Part shown: positions 44,358-54,343 of the stretch, one piece after another
Layout of the letters: each line of letters opens with the position of its first letter
Position numbering within the stretch: position 1 is the stretch's first letter
Origin: a virus
Taxonomy: Duplodnaviria > Caudoviricetes
DNA length: 64,000 bases
Reading direction: 5' to 3' (one strand)
Virus record (IMG/VR): IMGVR_UViG_3300005259_000074
Coordinates: 64,001-128,000 of that record
Position numbers and translations under genes: made by a program
Notes under the pieces: model-generated
Databases searched by the model: none
What the model saw: only the letters and a program-made list of their open reading frames with translations
What the model was told of the DNA's origin: nothing

Positions 44358-45634
44358 TTCTTGCTCCCGTTGACCGAGAACTTCTTCGGCAGCTTATTGT
44401 TCCACGCTGAGAACGTGGTCCTGTCGACGACTTTGACTGTGTTCTTCGGCGTGATTATCACGAAACCCTCTCCTGGAGTAGGTTCTAGTGTGCCATCAGG
44501 TGTCCTGATGAACGTCTTCCAATCGCCGGCTCTTGTGTTGGCCAGCGCTCTGTGTATGGTGTTCTTCATCTGTATCATCTTATAGTACACGTCGAACAGG
44601 TTTCTGAACGACTCCCTGTGGCTCTCTACGACACCTACCCACTTGTCGAGTTTCTCCATCTTCGAGAGTTTGACTTTCTCAGTCTTCACTTTATCAGCTT
44701 CTCGTTTCCAGTAAGTGGTGAAAGCTGCGACTAGCTCTGAGCACAGTCCATCTGCGTCTATCGGTTCTCCCCTGAGAGCGGCTCCGAATATCCCCATGTC
44801 AGCTCTGTCTTTCAGCTGGGAGTTGGCGAACACCTTCATCCGTTCTGTGAACTCTGGCAGGGTATCTATCACTCTGTACAGCTTTTTGACAGTTTTCTCG
44901 TGTCGCGTAATGGTGTCAGCCGCGTGTCCTAACAGGACTCGATGCTCGGACATGTATGCGTCTCTGGCGTATATTTCAGGCACGTTATTGAGGCTCTCTA
45001 CTATGGCGCCGACGCCTCTGTCAGACTGTTTCCACACGATGTCGTCTTCCCAACCCATCTCCTCATCTTCTCCGTCGCATTCAACTTGCTCTATCTCCAA
45101 GTCGTAAGCGGTGTGCACAACTCCTCCGAGTCTGGAGTTCATAACCCTGTAGAAAGACGGGTCATCATAGGTGACGGCGTACGTTATGGTGTTGGGAGAG
45201 AACAAGATGTGTCCCACACCGTCAATCTTCTCGTAAGTCTTATCTTCCTCGGTGAACATCAAGTCCATCTGATAAGCTTCGCCTGGAGACAGCTTCAGTC
45301 TTCCCTTCAGTTGTTCGAACAGCGCTCTCACCTGTTTCCTAGGCCCCGTTGGGATTATCATCCTGTCAACGTCAGAGATCTTCTTTATCAGTCGACCAGA
45401 GCTCATTGCGGACTTAGTGCCGACGAAGAACTTCTCGTCTGTGGGGTCCACTCCAAATACCAGAGCTGGAGCGCCATCGTACTTTTGAGTTATGCGCACA
45501 CCATTCCATGTAGACAGTCTAGATGCGATATCAATAAATGCGCAGATGCCGGCGGCCCCGAGTTCTATCGCGAGGTCGTCGAGGTGGGACAAGTGAGTTA
45601 TCGCGGCTTTGCCGCTGGTGTCGGAGGCTCTCAT
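44354..45634 (-). CDS. DUF6267-like protein with KxDG motif
   Basis: THLSHLDD, KYDGAPALVFG, FFVGTKS, FSPNTITY, PGEGFV..VKVVDR..FS. Confidence 0.8.
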   Translation of the reverse strand: MRASDTSGKAAITHLSHLDDLAIELGAAGICAFIDIASRLSTWNGVRITQKYDGAPALVFGVDPTDEKFFVGTKSAMSSGRLIKKISDVDRMIIPTGPRKQVRALFEQLKGRLKLSPGEAYQMDLMFTEEDKTYEKIDGVGHILFSPNTITYAVTYDDPSFYRVMNSRLGGVVHTAYDLEIEQVECDGEDEEMGWEDDIVWKQSDRGVGAIVESLNNVPEIYARDAYMSEHRVLLGHAADTITRHEKTVKKLYRVIDTLPEFTERMKVFANSQLKDRADMGIFGAALRGEPIDADGLCSELVAAFTTYWKREADKVKTEKVKLSKMEKLDKWVGVVESHRESFRNLFDVYYKMIQMKNTIHRALANTRAGDWKTFIRTPDGTLEPTPGEGFVIITPKNTVKVVDRTTFSAWNNKLPKKFSVNGSKK

Positions 45635-45645
45635 GACACGTCCTG

Positions 45646-47277
45646 TCAGCTGAGTTTTGCGAGTTCCTTGGTGAAGCCCTCAGATATCGACAAGTTCAGC
45701 GCGAAATTGCTAGACCCGATGGGTTTCTCCCTTATCTCGAGGTCGGCTATCTCGACAACTTTCTTATCGTTGCCCATAGAATACACTATGACTGGGCGGC
45801 CGAGCCTCCCCTTCGCTACTTTCAGGTGCTCTCTGATGTCGTTCATGTCGTCGGTGCCGAACATCTTCGCGCACGCTGCTTGGTCGAACACCTTGTCACC
45901 TATGATCATTGTCTCGCGTCCAGTGGCGACAGACTTGATGGGGAACTCGTCTCTGACGCTGTCTAGTAGACCAGTGACCATCTGGTGGTTGCTCATTATC
46001 GCCTTCGTCGCAGCTTCTTGGAACAACCGCCTGTCGTTGATCACGTCTTTGACCACGGCTCGGGCTTCAGGTGTCTTGAGTTTCGCAGCTACGCTGAGCA
46101 GCGCGGCGCTGTCTTTAGCGGATATGGCGATCACTTTGGACTCGTCGTTCTTGCTCTTCAAGCTGTCCAGCAGCTCCAAGTCAGCTTTGTTCTTTATCTT
46201 CTTCTCGACCGCAGCTGCTATCTCGGGAGTCGAGAACAAGTTAGCCAGCTTCTTGTTCAGCTTGCTCTTGTACGCGACTTTGTTGATCTCCTCTGGCTCT
46301 CCGCCGTGGGGGAAGACCCCTTTGACGAGCGTGTCGAACCAGCCGTTCTTGAAGTTCGTGTAGTCGTCTTTCTTCAGAGACACTTCGTGCACTTCTACGA
46401 GGCCGTCTTTGTCGACAGTCTTGATGAAAGCGTCAGTAGAGCTCTCGGCGTCATCGTAGTCCATGCCCAGTGCGTTGACGTCTTCTCTGGCGTCCCAAGC
46501 CGCTGCGACGATCTCTTTGCCCTTGAAAGCTTTGAGCACCGCTCTCCGGTTCTTCTCCGCAGCGTCCACCCAGGACTCGTCAATAGCACACTCCTGACCA
46601 GAGGTGGTCATCTCTTTCACTCGGGCCTTAATGTCGTGGAAGAACTTCTTAGCACGCGGAGCGTCCATAGTGCACGACATTAACGACATCAGCTCTCCAG
46701 TCCTCGACTTGAGAGAACCAGCTCCGGTGTCAGTCTTCTCGGTATAGAAACTCATGCTCTTGTGGCGTTTGTCGCTCTTGAGGTCGGTGTTCAGCATCCT
46801 ATCTATGATCTGATCGTACTTCTTCGGGTACTTTCCACCGCTGTCTGGACCATCTAAGCGGAACCTCTTGAAGTTAGATAGCACTTCTCGTCTCGTGTAG
46901 AACTTTTTGTCGTCGTGGTCGCGGAGGTCTTCTTTGAAAGCTTTCTCACCCTCGTGTCCAGTCGGAGACTGTGTGACCTGCTTCTTCGGCTTCAGCTGTC
47001 GAGCAGGAGACGTCACGACGAAGCCGTCTTCGTGGTCTGACGTAGCCAGCACGTCGTTAGCTCTGGACTTAGACGGAGGTCGTTCTTTCGCTACTTTATT
47101 GAGTTCTTTTAACGTGGGACGATCTTTATCCGTAACTTTCTTGAATTTTCCATCAACTTTCCTGTAGAGAGCGATGCCTTCTTCTTTGCCGTACCATCCG
47201 CCGCCTAAGTGGTGAGTGCCCTCCGGACCAGTGTCTAGCACTGTCTCAGCTAAGTACAACAAATAGTTAAACTTCAC
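45646..47277 (-). CDS. Putative internal head protein: GPEGTH module plus PD-(D/E)xK-like core
   Basis: MKFNYLLYLAE leader; GPEGTHHLGGGWYG; GELMS..STDAF..EVSLKK. Confidence 0.75.
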   Translation of the reverse strand: MKFNYLLYLAETVLDTGPEGTHHLGGGWYGKEEGIALYRKVDGKFKKVTDKDRPTLKELNKVAKERPPSKSRANDVLATSDHEDGFVVTSPARQLKPKKQVTQSPTGHEGEKAFKEDLRDHDDKKFYTRREVLSNFKRFRLDGPDSGGKYPKKYDQIIDRMLNTDLKSDKRHKSMSFYTEKTDTGAGSLKSRTGELMSLMSCTMDAPRAKKFFHDIKARVKEMTTSGQECAIDESWVDAAEKNRRAVLKAFKGKEIVAAAWDAREDVNALGMDYDDAESSTDAFIKTVDKDGLVEVHEVSLKKDDYTNFKNGWFDTLVKGVFPHGGEPEEINKVAYKSKLNKKLANLFSTPEIAAAVEKKIKNKADLELLDSLKSKNDESKVIAISAKDSAALLSVAAKLKTPEARAVVKDVINDRRLFQEAATKAIMSNHQMVTGLLDSVRDEFPIKSVATGRETMIIGDKVFDQAACAKMFGTDDMNDIREHLKVAKGRLGRPVIVYSMGNDKKVVEIADLEIREKPIGSSNFALNLSISEGFTKELAKLS

Positions 47278-48296
47278 AGTATCTCTCCGTTCATGATGTT
47301 ACCACTCAGGTCTCCGCTCAGAGTCTCCAAGTAGAAGTCGTAGTAATCTAGCGTCGACATGCCCTTTGGAAAATACCCCGTGTCATTCACCAGAAGGAGG
47401 TCTCCATCAGTGGTCGTCAAGAACTGCGGATCGCCTGAGAGGGGGGCAGGCCCTGACACCAGACCTGAGACGGTCCCTGACACGTCACTCCAATATCCCG
47501 AGAGGCCGGCGGATATCGGGAGGAAGTCCCACGCGTCTAACTTTATGAGGCCGCATATGATTGCTCCCTCATACTGGGAGAACGTTGTGGTCATAGGCAC
47601 TGTGTACCAGCGGTCCAGCATGTAGTTCTCTCCGACGGTCAGTAAACCAGGAGCGAAGTTGATGCGCTTTATTAGTGGTGTCGAGTCTCCGAGAGCGTCT
47701 GGGTCTGCTCCCATCCCTGGAAATATCCAAGTCTTATATGTGAACTGGGTGTTGGCGATTATCCTGTAAGGGTCGTTCTCGGTGACCTCTTCTGGCCAGT
47801 CCACTTGTAAGTCTCCGTCCCACACCACTTGGGACTTGATGTTCTTAGTCGGTTGCTTGGGGTGTGGCCAGACCACGTAGAAGTCTGGGTTGCAGAAAGG
47901 TATGAAGTTCGACACTATCTGGTCGAGATCGCTGTGGGTCTTAGTCACTATCGAGAGTGTGAAACCTATGTTCATCGGTACTGGAGAGTTCTTTATCAGC
48001 TGTGGGAGGCCGTCTGACGTCCCCTGGTAACGCAGCCTCTGCTGTAAGTCGTATGCCCGGGTGTTGTCTCTGGTCATGGAGTTCACCGAGAGCGTGATCA
48101 GCGGTATCTTCAGCGTCTTATCTCTGTTCTCTAGTGACTTGAGGACGCGGTCGCGCTGGCCGAACACACACGGGACCTTTATCAGCTCTTGCACGACGTT
48201 CTTGTTGTCGCGGCGGTCTATCACTATCGACGAGAAGACGTCTAACAGCTGAGCGGTGCTGGTCCTAAACTCTGCATTGTAAGAGCGGTACTTCAT
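47274..48296 (-). CDS. Tail completion / sheath stabiliser (T4 gp15-like)
   Basis: F..I.IDRRD, KVPCVFG, VPMNIGFTLSI, DQIVSNFIPFCNP. Confidence 0.88.
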   Translation of the reverse strand: MKYRSYNAEFRTSTAQLLDVFSSIVIDRRDNKNVVQELIKVPCVFGQRDRVLKSLENRDKTLKIPLITLSVNSMTRDNTRAYDLQQRLRYQGTSDGLPQLIKNSPVPMNIGFTLSIVTKTHSDLDQIVSNFIPFCNPDFYVVWPHPKQPTKNIKSQVVWDGDLQVDWPEEVTENDPYRIIANTQFTYKTWIFPGMGADPDALGDSTPLIKRINFAPGLLTVGENYMLDRWYTVPMTTTFSQYEGAIICGLIKLDAWDFLPISAGLSGYWSDVSGTVSGLVSGPAPLSGDPQFLTTTDGDLLLVNDTGYFPKGMSTLDYYDFYLETLSGDLSGNIMNGEIL

Positions 48297-48321
48297 TTGG
48301 AAAACTCCGGAAGTTGCTCTC

Positions 48322-48357
48322 TATTTATGGCGCATTGGCGCCCAACGCGTGTAAATA
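48322..48357. promoter_or_regulatory. Back-to-back T4-type late promoters (TAAATA)
   Basis: TAAATA on - at 48322-48327 and on + at 48352-48357. Confidence 0.7.
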
Positions 48358-48428
48358 CTAACGGCCGAGTTGGCCTATCGTGCAACAGTGTCAGTGACAT
48401 AGAGTTCAAATTAAGAGGAAACGACTGC

Positions 48429-51400
48429 ATGGCTATCATAGGTACCTGGACCTCGAACAACACCCAGCTGTTCGGCGGCATAAAGCGGTTCTCTCACGCG
48501 CAAGCGGAAGCCGGCAACTACAAGCTTCCAGTCTTTGACGAAGTGAAGAGAGACTCCGACGTAGTCTCAGACATGAGCGTTATTGACAAGTACTTCAAGA
48601 ACATGCAGGAGCGAGAGACGTCTGGCGCTTACTGGGATTCTACTTCGTTCGGAAAGTTCTTGTACGCTTCGATCTCGACCAACAAACCAACTAGAGTTGG
48701 CAGCTATCGCCGCATGGCGATGTTCCCGGAGGTCGGAGACGCTATCGACGAGATCTGCGACAACGCGATGGCGTTCGATGAAAACAATAAGATAGTCGCG
48801 TTTAAGCTCAACCGTAAGTTCGACGCCGCGGCCGAGAAGGAGATCAACGCCGCTGCCGAAGAGTACTTGAACTTGTTCAACTTCGAGTCTAACATGTTCG
48901 AGATCATGCGGCAGCTCGTAGTAGAGGGCGAAGTCTGCTGGGAGAACATCATATCCAAAGACCACCCGGACGCGGGCGTCATCGGCATCAACCCCATCCC
49001 ATGCGAGACTTATGATTTCGCTATCGACACTAAAGCTAATAAAAAGACTGGAATAATCATCAACATAGCTTCCTCTGACCAGTCTGCCGACAACAAAGAG
49101 GGCACTGGCAAGAACAACAATAACAAGCGCGTTGTCGGCAACATGTCAGTTGAAACGCTGTCTAGCATAAACAACTTGAGCTCCTACGAGAAGATTAAGA
49201 ACGGTGAAGTGTGCTACATGCCGTTCGAACAGGTGACCTATGCCAACACCGGGCTCATATCTTTCGACGGTCTGATGGTGTACCCCGTGCTGGAGAGGGC
49301 TAGGAAGGCTTACAACCAGCTGTCACTCATCGAAGACTCCATAATCATATACCGTCTCGTCCGCGCTCCGGAGCGCTACGTGTTCAACGTGGACACGGGG
49401 ACTGCTTCTAGGTCTAGGGCCGAACAAGAGGTCCTCAAGATGATGAAGCGGTACAACACCAAGAAGGTGTACAACCCCTCGACGGGGACGACGACGAACG
49501 AGTACGATCCCTGCCTGCTTCTCGAGTGTCTTTCGATGAACACTGGAGTTCCTCTGCTCGACGGAAGAACTCTAACTATCTCTCAGATATCTGACGAAAT
49601 GAACGGTGGAAAGCAACTCTGGGCTTACAGCTTCGATCCTGAGACTGGTAAGTTCGCCCCAGGTAAGATCAGCTGGGCTGGAGTCACGAGAAAAGACGCT
49701 GAAGTGATGAAGATCACTTTCGACAACGACAAGACGATGACAGTCACGCCCGACCACAAGTTCCCGGTATGGGGCAAAGGCAAAGTCGAAGCTAAAGACC
49801 TCGTGATCGGCGACAGCATGATAGCGTTCAACAGGAAAAAAGAGAAGATCACCGCTGAGAAGAATGACTACGAAATGATATACGATCACGCTTCGCAGAA
49901 GTGGATATACACCCACCAGGCTGTCGCAGACTACTTCAAAGGCACGCTGTGTGAGCAATACGTATGGGACGAGGAGAATTTCTCCAAGAACAAGCGCTTC
50001 TCCGTCAGACACCACAAGAACTACGATAAGTCAATGAAAGCCGCGTGGAAGCGTTCGGACAGCATTCGATCTGCTCTCAAGAAGTACAACGATGAAAAAT
50101 GGGCTGATCCTAAGAATAGAGAAAGACTTTCGGCGTGGTACAGCTTCAAGCCTTCTAAGTTGATATTCGACCGCATCACTACCGCAATTGCCGATAAAAG
50201 ATTGGCGTTCATCGATGAAGTAGTAGAATTCTGCAATTCTGATGAGCTGTGCGCAGCTGAATACTCCAGGGTACACACAAGCGTCCACACCGTCGGCGAG
50301 AAGATCAGCAGACAGTACTTGATGATGCTCTCCAAGAATTTTGGATTCGACTCCTTCAGAAGCCTGATCAGAGAGTTCAATCCAACTGCGAAGTTCGTCA
50401 ACCAGAGGACGCTCGATCGTGCTAGACTTCAGAAAAAGTTCGTCTACACGCACGACATGCTCAAGATGCTGATAGACACCGTCAAGGCCAACAGAGACAT
50501 CAAGATGAAGGAATGCGCGGTCATCCTCAAAAATGATCAGCGGTTCATGGAATTGATGGATGAAGCCAACGGTGACAACTCGCAGTACAAGAGAGAAAAA
50601 TTCGGTTGGGGGCACGTGCAGAGCCTCGTTCACTCTTTTGGATACGAAGATTTCAGGTTGTTCCGCAAAGAACTTCAGAACCACAACCACCGCGTAGTGA
50701 AGATCGAGTACCTCTCTCAGAGAGAAGACACTGGCACGCTGGTCATCGACGGAGACAACGAGTTCCACGACTATCACACGTTCGCCACTGATGCTGGAGT
50801 TGCGACATGTAACAGTTTCTGGTTCAGCAAGCCCGCTGGAAGCACTGGAACCACTGTCGACACGTTGTCATCCAGCGTCAACCTCGGCGAGATGAAGGAC
50901 TTAGACTACTTCCTCAGGAAGTTGTACGTCTCTCTCAAGATACCCTACAACAGGTACGCACAGCCGGAGATCAACATCCAACGTGGCGAGCAGATCAACT
51001 ATGAAGAGTATCGCTTTGCGAAGTTCATCATGCGCTTACAGCAGTGCCTCGCAAAGGGCCTCGCCAATGGGCTCATATCTCACCTCCGCTTAAGAGGAGT
51101 CTGGGACCGCTTGAAGTTGCGCAACAGAGATTTCATCGTCCAGTTCACTCCTCCGACCTCGTTCGACATATACGAATCACAGAAGCGCCTCCAACTCATG
51201 ACGGAGCGCTACTCGCTGATGGCGCAGTACCAAGAGATGTCCAAGACTCTCCTCCAGAAGAAGTACCTCGGGTGGACCGAGATAGACGTCGAGGAGAACT
51301 GGCGCTTCCTAGAGGAAGAGCAAATAAAAGCAGCTAAGATCCGCTGGAAGACCATGCAGATAGAGCAGACGGGTAAGGTCGGAAAACCAGGCACAGACCC

Positions 51401-51599
51401 TTACGCTTCCCAGGTCGTGGGTGCCGAGGGTCAGTCTCCAGAAGGACAACAGGGGCAGGAAAACGTGATCCAACCGTCTTCAAGCCAGAGTCAGCCCGGC
51501 CAGTACCCCGGTCTTCCACCTCCGCTACAGGACCACGAGGACGACCAGCAAGGACAAATTAAAGACGATGAGGAAGGGGACGAGAGAGATGTTGAATAA
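48429..51599 (+). CDS. Portal protein (T4 gp20-like) containing an intein
   Basis: YRRMAMFPEVGDAIDEI, EDSIIIYRLVRAPERYVFNVDTG, NLGEMKDLDYF.RKLY.SL.IP; start moved to 48429 (GAGGAA SD). Confidence 0.95.
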   Translation: MAIIGTWTSNNTQLFGGIKRFSHAQAEAGNYKLPVFDEVKRDSDVVSDMSVIDKYFKNMQERETSGAYWDSTSFGKFLYASISTNKPTRVGSYRRMAMFPEVGDAIDEICDNAMAFDENNKIVAFKLNRKFDAAAEKEINAAAEEYLNLFNFESNMFEIMRQLVVEGEVCWENIISKDHPDAGVIGINPIPCETYDFAIDTKANKKTGIIINIASSDQSADNKEGTGKNNNNKRVVGNMSVETLSSINNLSSYEKIKNGEVCYMPFEQVTYANTGLISFDGLMVYPVLERARKAYNQLSLIEDSIIIYRLVRAPERYVFNVDTGTASRSRAEQEVLKMMKRYNTKKVYNPSTGTTTNEYDPCLLLECLSMNTGVPLLDGRTLTISQISDEMNGGKQLWAYSFDPETGKFAPGKISWAGVTRKDAEVMKITFDNDKTMTVTPDHKFPVWGKGKVEAKDLVIGDSMIAFNRKKEKITAEKNDYEMIYDHASQKWIYTHQAVADYFKGTLCEQYVWDEENFSKNKRFSVRHHKNYDKSMKAAWKRSDSIRSALKKYNDEKWADPKNRERLSAWYSFKPSKLIFDRITTAIADKRLAFIDEVVEFCNSDELCAAEYSRVHTSVHTVGEKISRQYLMMLSKNFGFDSFRSLIREFNPTAKFVNQRTLDRARLQKKFVYTHDMLKMLIDTVKANRDIKMKECAVILKNDQRFMELMDEANGDNSQYKREKFGWGHVQSLVHSFGYEDFRLFRKELQNHNHRVVKIEYLSQREDTGTLVIDGDNEFHDYHTFATDAGVATCNSFWFSKPAGSTGTTVDTLSSSVNLGEMKDLDYFLRKLYVSLKIPYNRYAQPEINIQRGEQINYEEYRFAKFIMRLQQCLAKGLANGLISHLRLRGVWDRLKLRNRDFIVQFTPPTSFDIYESQKRLQLMTERYSLMAQYQEMSKTLLQKKYLGWTEIDVEENWRFLEEEQIKAAKIRWKTMQIEQTGKVGKPGTDPYASQVVGAEGQSPEGQQGQENVIQPSSSQSQPGQYPGLPPPLQDHEDDQQGQIKDDEEGDERDVE
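49527..50813 (+). mobile_element. Intein (429 aa) in the portal protein
   Basis: starts CLSMNT, block B VTPDHKF, ends HTFATDAGVATCN before S+1; flanks rejoin as LLE/SFWF. Confidence 0.9.
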
Positions 51600-52713
51600 G
51601 TTCGAGATGCTCTGCGCCGGTATAGTGTTAGAAGGAGTCGACCCAGTCCCTTATCCGCTAGAAGTCAGCGAGAAGGGAAAATTGGCCGTCGACAGCCTGA
51701 ACAAGGGCATCGAAGACAAGATGATCCTTAACCCAGTCTTCCAAGACGCTAAGTCTCGTCTGAACAACAACATAGAGCTCATAACTTGGCACAACGGCAA
51801 CGTGCTCGGGCCAGAAGGCATGTACAACGTGGCGTACCGCGTAGACGCTATCCCTCACGGACTGCGAGACGTCCCCAAAGCTATCAAAGGACTCAAGACC
51901 ATAGTCGATTCACCAGAGCTCCCCGCGAAATTCACCAATTTCAACGCCAATTTTAGTGAGGAATGGGCAAGGACGAACTGGATCGCCCTGCGAGATGGGA
52001 TGCGGAAGTACTTGAAGATACTCGAGTCTTGGCTACCTGTGATCAAGATGCTAGACGAACTGAAACCTCTGATAGTCAAGGGTAGGCAGCCGAACCCCAA
52101 CGCAGTCCCATCGTTCCAACCTCAGAAGGCCGACCCAGCTACTGAGAAGATAGTGGTAGACGTGCTGAACCAGCTCGCGGCCCCTCTGAAACCGAAAGTG
52201 GTAGAGACTCTCGTCGCGCAAGACGAGAAGTACGTCAAGCGGTTCCAGGAGTCCGGTCTCCCAGTCAGCTACAACGACATTCGCAAGTTCTTCAAGAACG
52301 ACATCGAAGCTATGAAGGTAGTCGACTCGTGCTTGAACCCCGCTGCGACGGCCATCATCCCCAACTACAGAGACAAACTGACACAGTCCGCGACGAGATC
52401 TGTCAACGACATGGTCACTAGGTTCATCAGCAAGAACGTGGAGAAGATAGCGCCTCTGCTAGCTCGCAAGCAGGGTTCTGAAGCCAGAGTGCTCCACGGC
52501 AACCTCGATGGGATAGGTTTCAGCGGAGAGATCTCGTTCAAGTTCAACGACGGCACTAGCTTCGTAGTCAGGAACAAAGTAGTCATGAAGTACACCGCGA
52601 TGCAGCAGCAGTTCCTGCAGTTCCCGACGACTTTCCACAACGTGGTGTTCCCAGACGGCTCTAAGAAAGCGATGCAGTCTGAAGAGCAGATGCACAAAGA
52701 CTGGCTGAAGTGA
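51589..52713 (+). CDS. Hypothetical protein between portal and protease (possible internal head protein)
   Basis: MLNKFEML leader, IVLE/G candidate cleavage site; C-terminal QFPTTFHNV.FPDG motif. Confidence 0.82.
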   Translation: MLNKFEMLCAGIVLEGVDPVPYPLEVSEKGKLAVDSLNKGIEDKMILNPVFQDAKSRLNNNIELITWHNGNVLGPEGMYNVAYRVDAIPHGLRDVPKAIKGLKTIVDSPELPAKFTNFNANFSEEWARTNWIALRDGMRKYLKILESWLPVIKMLDELKPLIVKGRQPNPNAVPSFQPQKADPATEKIVVDVLNQLAAPLKPKVVETLVAQDEKYVKRFQESGLPVSYNDIRKFFKNDIEAMKVVDSCLNPAATAIIPNYRDKLTQSATRSVNDMVTRFISKNVEKIAPLLARKQGSEARVLHGNLDGIGFSGEISFKFNDGTSFVVRNKVVMKYTAMQQQFLQFPTTFHNVVFPDGSKKAMQSEEQMHKDWLK

Positions 52714-52776
52714 AGATCCACACGAGTCTACGATAAATATGTCAACGCATTCAACTAAGCACACAGGAGGCTGATA

Positions 52777-53514
52777 ATGCCGGCTGAAATCATAGCTAGC
52801 GGACTGAAACTGCTGACGGAGACTCTCTATACAGACGTAGACATCGAGACCATCGTCGAGCAGAAGAACCCGAACGAAGCGAAGTTCCTCAAGATCAGAG
52901 GACCTTACATCGTCTCCGAGAAGCGGAACATCAACGGGCGCACCTACTCCCGCTCTCTGATGGAGAGCTCGGTCGCAGAGTGGAAGAAAGAGTGGCTCGA
53001 CACGAAACGCTCTTACGCTGAGCTGAACCACCCGGACTACATCAAAGTCGACCCAAAGAACGCGTCCGACCTCATCGTCGCGCTAGAACAGCAGGGCGAC
53101 ATGTGGATTGGCGAGTCGATCGTCCTGTGCAGCGACTTCGCCCACAACATCAAGGGCACTATGAACGGAGACACCCTGGCAGCGCTGATCCAGCACGGCG
53201 GTAAGATCGGCAAGTCGACCCGCGGCGTCGGCCAGATCAGCGAAGACAAGCGCGTAGACAAGATCTACAAGCTCATAACGGTCGACACCGTGGTAGACCC
53301 ATCTGGCCCTGGGTGCATGGTCGACGGGATACTCGAGAGCAAGGAGTTCCTCATCACCGCGCACGGCGACATCATGGAGAACGCGATCAACAAGTTCGCT
53401 TCGTCTGTGGCTAACATACCGTCTCACTCTGTGAAGACGGACATCGGCAGGGAGTACGTAGTCTCGCTGTTCGACAAGTTCATAATTGACATTAATTCTA
53501 AGAGGAGCATCTGA
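52777..53514 (+). CDS. Prohead core protease (T4 gp21-like)
   Basis: NINGRTY, YAELNHP, GKSTRGVG, TVDTVVDPS; TAAATA at 52734-52739. Confidence 0.93.
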   Translation: MPAEIIASGLKLLTETLYTDVDIETIVEQKNPNEAKFLKIRGPYIVSEKRNINGRTYSRSLMESSVAEWKKEWLDTKRSYAELNHPDYIKVDPKNASDLIVALEQQGDMWIGESIVLCSDFAHNIKGTMNGDTLAALIQHGGKIGKSTRGVGQISEDKRVDKIYKLITVDTVVDPSGPGCMVDGILESKEFLITAHGDIMENAINKFASSVANIPSHSVKTDIGREYVVSLFDKFIIDINSKRSI

Positions 53515-53515
53515 C

Positions 53516-54334
53516 ATGGGTAAGTTCGAAGAGCTTTACGAGAGCATCACCGACGATCTGATTTCAGAAGGGAAAGAAAATGCCGGTCTGATGGGTCCTG
53601 ACGGAACTCACAGCATTGGACAGGGTTTCTACGGTCACCACATCGGCGAAGCTATGTTCAAGAAGGCCGGAGGCAAGTTCGTGAAAGTTAATAAGGGTGA
53701 AGGACCGTCTGACGAGCATTCAGGACACAAGAAATTGCTCGCTCAAACCGCAGCAATCGGGGAAGACGACTGGGCCGCGCGTCATAAAATCTACCAACTC
53801 GTCGGAAAAGCTGACGCTCACACTCTGCATAAATTAGCTGATCACAAAAATTTTAATGTTCGGCAAGCAGTTGCTAGCAGCTCCGAAACGCATCCCGACA
53901 CGCTGCGAAAGTTAGCTGACGATAAAAATGAACACGCGCGGAGAGAAGTTCTTATGAATCCTAAGACACCACAAGACGTGCTAAGGAAAGCTGCTAAACA
54001 TCACAGTCAGTACGTTCGATATTACGTAGCAGGGAATCCCAATGCGCATCCTGACGATCTACACAACTTAGCTAATGAGAAAAGTCATCATACAAGAAGT
54101 GAGGTCGCAAGCAATCCTAATACCAGTGAAAAGACTCTTTTGAAATTGGCCGACGACACGAATAATATCGTGAAAACTAACGTGGCTGACCACCCCAACG
54201 CTACTGAAAGAGTGTTGAACGCACTTTTAAAACATAAGAGAGAGGGGAACCAGGACCTAAGTCATGGAAACGTCGAGTTTGCTGTGGATATAGCCAGAAA
54301 GAAACTCAAGAAGAAACTTGAGAAGAAAGATTAA
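53516..54334 (+). CDS. Putative internal head protein with LRV-like repeats
   Basis: MGKFEELYES leader, GPDGTH module, repeats of L..LA.D....VR..VA.NP.T. Confidence 0.85.
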   Translation: MGKFEELYESITDDLISEGKENAGLMGPDGTHSIGQGFYGHHIGEAMFKKAGGKFVKVNKGEGPSDEHSGHKKLLAQTAAIGEDDWAARHKIYQLVGKADAHTLHKLADHKNFNVRQAVASSSETHPDTLRKLADDKNEHARREVLMNPKTPQDVLRKAAKHHSQYVRYYVAGNPNAHPDDLHNLANEKSHHTRSEVASNPNTSEKTLLKLADDTNNIVKTNVADHPNATERVLNALLKHKREGNQDLSHGNVEFAVDIARKKLKKKLEKKD

Positions 54335-54343
54335 GATATATTA

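Noticed and set aside
44942-46363. 473-aa + strand ORF
   Set aside because: Entirely antisense to two well-supported genes; Ser/Leu-rich mirror composition; no SD or promoter.
48297-48428. Longer portal start given by the ORF track
   Set aside because: Overlaps both divergent late promoters; SD-supported ATG is at 48429.
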